Positions 49,211 to 55,526 of a DNA stretch of 55,526 nucleotides are shown in pieces. The DNA lies in the NCBI RefSeq assembly GCF_903828115.1, contig NZ_CAIKKU010000632.1:1-55526 (forward strand), in the 5' to 3' direction. Both the position numbers and the translations under genes were made by a program. Numbering within the stretch: the stretch's first letter is position 1; the number at the start of each line of letters is the position of its first letter. This DNA comes from an uncultured Thiodictyon sp. (GTDB taxonomy: Bacteria > Pseudomonadota > Gammaproteobacteria > Chromatiales > Chromatiaceae). The notes beneath the pieces are model-generated. The model was given only the letters and a program-made list of their open reading frames with translations. It did not search any database and was not told where the DNA came from.

Positions 49211-51562
49211 CTAATTGCCCGCGCGACTGATCCTGTAGATGGCGTTGTCGGTGAGCGAGACGACGTACAGGTTGCCGTCCGGGTCTTGCTCGATGTCCGT
49301 GGTGGTGCCGAAGTTGCTGCCGATCTTCAGGGTCTCGCTCTCCGTGCCCTCGAACTTCTGCGTCCGGAACAGGTTGTCTGCCACTCGGTCGGCCAGGCGC
49401 GGGTCAGCGCTTACGTCGAGACGCAGGCGATCGGCGGTCATTTTGAAGCAGTAGAGACTGCCGCCATTGGCCCCGACCTGCTGAAATGATCGCGCCGACC
49501 CGATCCATAAGGTACCGTTATAGTTCGCCCCCAGCGCGTCGCCGACTACGAAGGCCGCGCCGGAAGGACCGATCTCATAGCGCCAACTGAAGTCCGGATC
49601 GACATAGGTGGCACCCGGCAGCATGACCATGCGCGCCTGCGCCAGAGTGAACCGGTAGGCGGCCCGGGTCGGCGGATACCGGACCTGCTGCAGTGCGTTG
49701 CTGAACTGGGTCGTCTCGATGAGCTTCCAGTCGGCATAGCGACTGGATGGTCCCGCCAGTTGAATCCAGCCGCCGTTCATCCCGGGCACCACGCGGTTGA
49801 TCTCGCTGTAGGCATCGTCGGCATTCTCGGTCTCCCACAGGGCGCCGCTCGCGGGATCGAAGGCCATGCCAAAGCCGTTGCGGTGGCCGTAGGAGTAGAC
49901 CTTCTGGAGATTGGCCCCGACCTCTCCGCCGATGGACGTGCCGATGGCAAAGAAGGGATTGTCGGAGGGCGCCGTGCCGTCGGTGTTGAGCCTCAGGATG
50001 ACACCGGACAGGTGCGCCTGGTCAGGTGCCGGGCCACCGAGGGTATCGTCCACCAAGGGTGTGGTGATAAAGGGACCGTTGGCGAGATTCTGCATCCAGC
50101 CGCGACGGCCCTGGTCGCCCATGAAGAGGTACAGCTTACCGTCCGGGCCGAACTTCATCACCCCGCCGTTATGATTCGCGGCGGGGGCGACGTTATTGGT
50201 CCCGGCATGTCCGGTCACGGCGATGTTGTCGGTCTGCAGGGCGCGCAGTCGGATCAGATTGTCCGCGAACACCAGGCTGGTGCCGTTCCACACAAACCGG
50301 TCGACCCGATTGCCCAGCGGCGGCACCTCAGTCGTCACTGTCGAGTCGGCACCGGTGCTGCTCTCGGTCCAACGGATGTAGACAGACGGATCGTTCGGGA
50401 AACCAGGGCTCAGAACCAGGCTCAATAGCCCCCGTTCGGAGGCCGCATTCACCGGGAGATCGAGCACCGGCGCGGCCTGGACCGCGCCGCTGATGACACG
50501 CTTGACCTGGCCCGTGGCCTTTTCGAGGACCAGGAAGTCGTCGGCGTCGAGAAAGACGATCCCGATGGGCTGGGAGAGACCGGTATTGACGACGGTGGTA
50601 ACCACGAGATTCGGGTCCAGCAGGGTCGGGGGATCCGAATCGGCTTGAACCGGGCCCAACGGTCCTAGCGACAGGCCGGCGGCGATCAGGAGGCAAGCGG
50701 TGAGGCGCCGCGGCATCCGCCGCGGCCAGTTCCAGGCTGCCCGAATCGCGTGGGACGAGCGCTGCCACAGTCCTGGTCCAGGGGTTTCGCGGCCTCGGCT
50801 GGCCGGGCCTCCCCGGGCCCGGACAACGCGATGGCGCCGGCGGACCCCGAGCGCGGCGACGGCCGCGCCGAACAGGCTCAGGGTTCCCGGGGCCGGGAGC
50901 TCGTCCAGACTCACGTTGTCGACCCCGAGCTGGAACCCCTGGAGGTTGTCGGTTTCGGCAAAACGCAGGCGCAAGGTCTGGCCGGCATTAGCGGCGAAGA
51001 GGGCACTCAGGTCGAAGACATAGGGTGTGTAGCCCGACACCAGCGGGTCGCCGACGGCGCTCTGCACCAGATTCAATACGACATCGCCGGCAGCGGTGCT
51101 GAACGGGTCCGCGCCGACCGTCATGAGGTCTACCCGGGCCTGCTGGTTGAGGGTTTCAGCACCAACTTGGCTGGTCAGGTCGAAGGCCAGGGAGCTAGAG
51201 GGCGGTGTGGCGAACTGGGTCGCGCGATTGCCGATGAAGAGGTCGAAACGCAGTACCGCGCCGAGCGCGCCGACCACGAAATCCTGGTAAAGCAGATGGC
51301 TGCCGGGTCCTTCGGCATCGGTCATCGCGGCCTGGTTGCCGCCCGGGGGCGCCGGCGTCGTCTCCAGAGTCAGCGGGCTTGAGGTGCCGCTCTGAAGCTC
51401 AAAGGTGCCCTCGCTGCCGAGCTGATCGACCCGGGTCCAAGAGGTGAACCCTGCCTCGAAACCGCCGTTCGCAATGAGCGAGGCAGGTGCGGGAAGGACG
51501 GTCGTCAGGCCTAAGAGGCCCGCCGCGATTGCCGCTGTCCGGGGGTAGAGCAGGTGTTTCAC
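49211..51562 (-). CDS. Read-through ORF: PEP-CTERM-type surface protein fused to a PQQ-dependent sugar (glucose/sorbosone) dehydrogenase
   Basis: GTG 51562 after GAGGAG; signal peptide; LPAPGTLSLFGAAVAALGVRRRHR at 50828-50899; second signal peptide from ATG 50716; SERGLL, HNGG..FGPDGKLY..GD, YGHRNGFGMAFDP and EIN motifs. Confidence 0.8.
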   Translation of the reverse strand: MKHLLYPRTAAIAAGLLGLTTVLPAPASLIANGGFEAGFTSWTRVDQLGSEGTFELQSGTSSPLTLETTPAPPGGNQAAMTDAEGPGSHLLYQDFVVGALGAVLRFDLFIGNRATQFATPPSSSLAFDLTSQVGAETLNQQARVDLMTVGADPFSTAAGDVVLNLVQSAVGDPLVSGYTPYVFDLSALFAANAGQTLRLRFAETDNLQGFQLGVDNVSLDELPAPGTLSLFGAAVAALGVRRRHRVVRARGGPASRGRETPGPGLWQRSSHAIRAAWNWPRRMPRRLTACLLIAAGLSLGPLGPVQADSDPPTLLDPNLVVTTVVNTGLSQPIGIVFLDADDFLVLEKATGQVKRVISGAVQAAPVLDLPVNAASERGLLSLVLSPGFPNDPSVYIRWTESSTGADSTVTTEVPPLGNRVDRFVWNGTSLVFADNLIRLRALQTDNIAVTGHAGTNNVAPAANHNGGVMKFGPDGKLYLFMGDQGRRGWMQNLANGPFITTPLVDDTLGGPAPDQAHLSGVILRLNTDGTAPSDNPFFAIGTSIGGEVGANLQKVYSYGHRNGFGMAFDPASGALWETENADDAYSEINRVVPGMNGGWIQLAGPSSRYADWKLIETTQFSNALQQVRYPPTRAAYRFTLAQARMVMLPGATYVDPDFSWRYEIGPSGAAFVVGDALGANYNGTLWIGSARSFQQVGANGGSLYCFKMTADRLRLDVSADPRLADRVADNLFRTQKFEGTESETLKIGSNFGTTTDIEQDPDGNLYVVSLTDNAIYRISRAGN

Positions 51563-52062
51563 ACTGGTGTCTCCTCGTCTCTTGTTGGTCGCTTCGATCG
51601 CTGGATAACGATCACAGGATGAACAGGCATGGCCCGGCAGCGCCATGTCATGCAAACGGTCAAGAACCCGAACGTTGCCGCTGGCGAACTTTTCGGCGAT
51701 GTCCTACGGAAATGCTCGGCTTTGTGCGGTCACTATAGCGCGGGTCGCTTGGAAAGCAAGTGCGCCTAAGTTCCAGGTTCGGCCGATCCTGCTGCGGCCC
51801 AACGGCCGCCGCCTTGTTTGTCAAAGGATATCGACCCGTTTGGCGGACCACCGCGGCGGCTTGGCCCCCTGACAACCACCCAGAGGATAATTCGGGTTAA
51901 AGTGTCGGTGTCTAAGTCGAAGGAACGGTGGCCGGCGTCGGACGGACCCGCTGGGCTCTTAGACCGCTTGACGTAAGGGAAAAAGGTGCTGAAATGGTCG
52001 CAGCTTCGGACTCCCGCGCCGTTTGGGCCGGGGGCCGCCTGTGAAACCGTGATTTGAAGGTG

Positions 52063-52407
52063 ATGAAGATGACGAAGACTGAACTGGTGGAGCGGATCGC
52101 AAAGGACCTGACCGCCGCGGAGGACGCCGACCAAGGGCGCCGGTTGTTGTTGACCCGCGAGACCGGGGGGTGGCGGCTCGGCTACTGTGCACCGAGCTAC
52201 ACGGGCGCCTGGGGTCCGGGACAGACCCCGGCCGAGTGGGTGGTCCTGGACTGGCTGACGACGGACGACGATCCCGTGACCTGGCTCAACCTCGCGCTGG
52301 GGGCGGCCGAGGCCCTGGCGATCCGGCGGCTGGCCATCAAGGCGGCCGGGGCGACCCCGGCCGAGGTCCTGGTGGTGATCGCCGAGCAACCGCGGGTGGT
52401 GGTATGA
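52063..52407 (+). CDS. Hypothetical protein
   Basis: GC3-rich ORF after GAAGG (ATG 52063 or 52069), co-oriented with the MaoC gene. Confidence 0.6.
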   Translation: MKMTKTELVERIAKDLTAAEDADQGRRLLLTRETGGWRLGYCAPSYTGAWGPGQTPAEWVVLDWLTTDDDPVTWLNLALGAAEALAIRRLAIKAAGATPAEVLVVIAEQPRVVV

Positions 52408-52459
52408 GCCCCCTGCCCCATCCCGGGGGCCGCCGCGACGGCGCCCCGGGAGACGCCCG

Positions 52460-52936
52460 ATGACCGAGACCGACTGCCTCACCGCCGCCATGCTGACGGT
52501 GGGTCAACGCCATAGCGCGCGGTTGCGGTTCACCCGGGCGCAGGTCGATACCTACTGCGCCCTGACCGGCGATGCCAACGCGATCCACCGGGACCTGGAG
52601 GCGGCGCGCCGCCGCTTCCCGGGGGTGACGGACATCGTGGTGCCCGGGGGGCTGATCCAAAGCACCATCTCGGGTCTCTTCGGCACCCGCTTCCCGGGCG
52701 ACGGCGCGCTCGGGCTGTCCTTTGTGCCCGAGCGCTTTCGCAAGCCGGTCCTCCCGGGGGAGGAGGTGGTCGTAACCTTCGAGATCACTCGCATCAAGGG
52801 GGCGATCATCGACATCGACCTGGCCGTCACGGACGCACAGGGCGTGCGTCTGACCAATGGTCAGGCCCGGGTCCTGGCGCCGGACGAGGGTTATCGGCAG
52901 TGGTGGGAGGGGCAACGCGGCAAGGTCCCGGATTGA
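52460..52936 (+). CDS. MaoC/PhaJ-like hot-dog fold dehydratase
   Basis: YCALTGDANAIHRD hydratase motif, FPG.G and RFRKPVLPGE. Confidence 0.88.
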   Translation: MTETDCLTAAMLTVGQRHSARLRFTRAQVDTYCALTGDANAIHRDLEAARRRFPGVTDIVVPGGLIQSTISGLFGTRFPGDGALGLSFVPERFRKPVLPGEEVVVTFEITRIKGAIIDIDLAVTDAQGVRLTNGQARVLAPDEGYRQWWEGQRGKVPD

Positions 52937-53068
52937 GCGCTGCCGCAGCGCCGGACGCCCGCGTCGCTGCCGCTCCCCTCCCCTCCCTTGGCCGCTCAAC
53001 CCGAAAAGAGCGGTCGGCCGTCAGTGATCAGCCCGCTGAATGCTCATCGCTGATGGCCCATTCCAGGT

Positions 53069-54961
53069 TCACAGATTGACCAAGGCCCCGAGTTCGACCA
53101 CCCGGTTGGGCGGCAGGCCAAAATAGGCCGCCGGATTACTGGCGTTACGAAACATGCCGATAAACATCTTTTGTCGCCAGATGGCCATTGGGATGCCCCG
53201 GGAGGGCACCAAGGTCTCGCGGCCGAGGAAGAAGGTCGTGGTCTCCGGATCGCAGGGGATGCCCCCGCGCTGCCAAGCCGCGATGACATCCGGCACCTTG
53301 GGTGTATCCATGAAACCGATCTCCATCCGCGACTGATAGAAGCGGGCGTTGACCTGCTCGATCCGCACCCGCCGCTCCGGTGCGACATAGGGCTGGCTCG
53401 ACACGGCCACGTTCAGAATGATGACCCGTTCGTGCAGACAGCGATAGTGCTTCAGGCTGTGCAGCAGGGAGTGCGGCACCTGGCCCAGGCGGGCCGTCAG
53501 GAAGACCGCCGTGCCCGACACGGTCGGGATGCCTTCCGCTTCGATCAGCGGCACGAAGAGCGCAAGCGACATGTTATCGCGGGCCTGGTGCTCGATCAGC
53601 AGTGCCCGGCCGCGGCGCCAGGTACTCATCGGGATGAAGACCAGGGCGCCGATCACCAGCGGGAGCCAGCCCCCATCGCTGAACTTGGGCAGGTTCGCCC
53701 CAAAGAAGGCCAAGTCGATTACCAGGAAGATGCCGAGCACCAGGAAGGTCCGGGCCGGACCCCAGCGCCACCGCCGCCGCGCCACGACAAAGGCCAGGAC
53801 GGTGGTAATGCTCATGGTGCCGGTCACGGCGATACCGTAGGCGGCGGCCAATGACTGTGAACTGCCGAAGCTCAGCACCAGCACCACCACGGCGACAAAG
53901 AGCGCCCAATTGATCCCGGGGACATAGATCTGGCCGCGCGTCTCCTGGGAGGTGTGCAGCACGGACATGCGCGGCAGATAGCCGAGTTGGATCGCCTGGC
54001 GGGTGAGCGAAAAAGTCCCCGAGATCACCGCCTGCGAGGCAATAACGGTGGCAACCGTGGCCAGCACCACGAGAGGCAACAGCGCCCAGCCCGGCGCCAG
54101 TCGGAAAAAGGGGTTGTCGACCGCCTCCGGATGGGCCAGCAGCAGTGCCCCTTGGCCAAAATAGTTCAGCACCAGGGCCGGGAACACCACGACCGTCCAG
54201 GCCAGCCGCACCGGCGCCCGGCCGAAATGACCCATGTCCGCATACAGCGCCTCGATCCCGGTGATCGCCAGCACCGCGGACCCGAGTGAAAAGAACGCGA
54301 GCAGGGGGTGGCCCGCGAAAAAATTGACGGCATAGAGGGGTGACATGGCCGCGAGCACGCCGGGTTCCCCGGCAATGGCGGCGATACCCAAGGCGCCGAT
54401 GCTCAGAAACCAGACCGCCATAATGGGTCCGAACCAGTCCCCCATGCGCCCCGTGCCGTGGCGCTGGACGGCGAAGAGTCCGAGCAGGATCACCAGCGTC
54501 AAGGGTATCACCCAGTCGTCCAAACCCGGGGTGACCATCTCCAGTCCCTCGACCGCCGACAGGACCGAGATGGCCGGGGTGATGATCCCCTCGCCACAGA
54601 ACAGTGCGGCGCCGAGCAGGCCCAGCACGATCAGGCGTTGACCCAAGGGCTGATTCGCCAGGCGCCGCTGTACCAGCGCAATCAGGGCCATGATGCCGCC
54701 CTCACCGCGGTTGTCGGCGCGCAGGATCAGCGTCACGTATTTCAGCGAGACCACGATCACCAAGGACCAAAACACCAGCGACAGCACGCCCAGGACGTTT
54801 GCGGAATCCACCGGGACGGGATGGCGATCGTTGGCGAATACGGCGTGCATGGCATACAGGGGGCTGGTCCCGATGTCGCCGTAGACGACGCCCAGGGCCG
54901 CCAGAGACAAGGCGGGCAACCGCCCGCGCGGCGGCGCTTGGCCATTCAGTGAGAGGCTCAT
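53069..54961 (-). CDS. kup: KUP/HAK/KT potassium transporter
   Basis: LGVVYGDIGTSPLY, GEGGIMAL, ITPAISVLSAVEG, EALYADMGHFG and GQIYVP motifs; ATG 54961 gives 630 aa. Confidence 0.96.
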   Translation of the reverse strand: MSLSLNGQAPPRGRLPALSLAALGVVYGDIGTSPLYAMHAVFANDRHPVPVDSANVLGVLSLVFWSLVIVVSLKYVTLILRADNRGEGGIMALIALVQRRLANQPLGQRLIVLGLLGAALFCGEGIITPAISVLSAVEGLEMVTPGLDDWVIPLTLVILLGLFAVQRHGTGRMGDWFGPIMAVWFLSIGALGIAAIAGEPGVLAAMSPLYAVNFFAGHPLLAFFSLGSAVLAITGIEALYADMGHFGRAPVRLAWTVVVFPALVLNYFGQGALLLAHPEAVDNPFFRLAPGWALLPLVVLATVATVIASQAVISGTFSLTRQAIQLGYLPRMSVLHTSQETRGQIYVPGINWALFVAVVVLVLSFGSSQSLAAAYGIAVTGTMSITTVLAFVVARRRWRWGPARTFLVLGIFLVIDLAFFGANLPKFSDGGWLPLVIGALVFIPMSTWRRGRALLIEHQARDNMSLALFVPLIEAEGIPTVSGTAVFLTARLGQVPHSLLHSLKHYRCLHERVIILNVAVSSQPYVAPERRVRIEQVNARFYQSRMEIGFMDTPKVPDVIAAWQRGGIPCDPETTTFFLGRETLVPSRGIPMAIWRQKMFIGMFRNASNPAAYFGLPPNRVVELGALVNL

Positions 54962-55332
54962 TGACAAGGACAGATTCCATAAGCGAGCGAGGCTTTGCCT
55001 CGCGAGGTTGGCGGGTCGGGCCGCGGATCTGTGCGGGCCGCCGCGCTCAGGCGCCCCGCCCCCGCTCGGATGGTCCGGTGCGGAGTCTGCCCCACGCGGC
55101 GACCGGGCGCTTGTTTTTTCGACGCTTTTCCCACCTGGAGCGCCGTCGGCCAAGGCTCCGAGGTGGCGGGCGATGGGCCCTGGATCGGCGCCAAGGGACG
55201 CCCGTCTGCTGAGGTTAGCCAAATTCCAGGCGCAACTCCACGGCAACATGTCTCAGTTGCACCTGCCCTGCCCCGGCCGCGCCGGGAAAATCGACCCCGA
55301 AGCTTAGCCAACGGCTGCGGTCCGCGGTCTGC

Positions 55333-55432
55333 GGTCCGCGCAGCGGACCCTACTGCGCCGCGCCCGTAGGGTCCGCTGCGCGGACCAGCGACCTCCCCTC
55401 CAGCAGGGCGGCCGGATTGATGATCAAGGCCG
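55333..55432 (-). repeat. GTAG-REP doublet plus CGGCCTTGATCAT motif (homologue of 34071-34172)
   Basis: REPs at 55333-55353 and 55366-55386; 55410-55432 is 21/23 identical (reverse complement) to 34071-34093; the motif recurs at 55513-55526. Confidence 0.85.
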
Positions 55433-55526
55433 GTGTAGGGGGTTCGTCCCTCACGCTGACCTTGATAACTGACGAGGGCCCTGGAAATCCTCACCGTCTG
55501 ACGTTAGCCTGGGGCGGCCTTGATCA

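Noticed and set aside
15619-55249. Extended ORF-track starts for jetC (15619), jetD (18798), the MFS gene (27337), fhcA (34186) and kup (55249)
   Set aside because: The extensions overlap upstream genes or non-coding DNA; downstream starts with an SD or 4-nt overlaps fit family lengths.
55417-55427. TTGATGATCAA as an FNR/Dnr box
   Set aside because: The half-sites are 1 bp apart rather than 4, and the sequence is part of the REP-associated motif.

Overview
GC-rich bacterial chromosome window. Gene content (bchG/bchP/ppsR, gammaproteobacterial carB-greA) suggests a purple photosynthetic gammaproteobacterium, probably Chromatiaceae-like; this is inference. In order, the window holds: (1) core carB (5' end outside the window) and greA; (2) a minus-strand accessory run of patatin, ppk2, SulP, YSC84/SYLF-like, DUF900 hydrolase, HlyD and a small membrane protein; (3) a secreted beta-helix protein; (4) a ~13 kb defence island with Wadjet jetABCD, type III R-M mod/res, ParDE and TacAT; (5) a satellite photosynthesis cluster, bchG-MFS-bchP-ppsR, with a double PpsR box; (6) the H4MPT-linked C1 operon fhcBADC, SapC and a Crp/Fnr regulator; (7) a ~10 kb patchwork of truncated genes and toxin-less antitoxins that also carries an apparently intact halohydrin dehalogenase and a lower-GC pair of a putative toxin plus an HTH-ImmA/IrrE peptidase; (8) a PEP-CTERM/sugar-dehydrogenase read-through ORF, MaoC and kup. 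The intergenic DNA is rich in palindromes built from short tandem units of period 6, 8, 9-10 and 10, plus GTAG-type REP doublets, some nested and some recurring as homologous 100-145 bp elements. No rRNA, tRNA, CRISPR array, integrase or intact transposase was recognised. The best candidates for something new are the toxin/HTH-peptidase pair (43083-45034) and the tandem-inverted-repeat element family.
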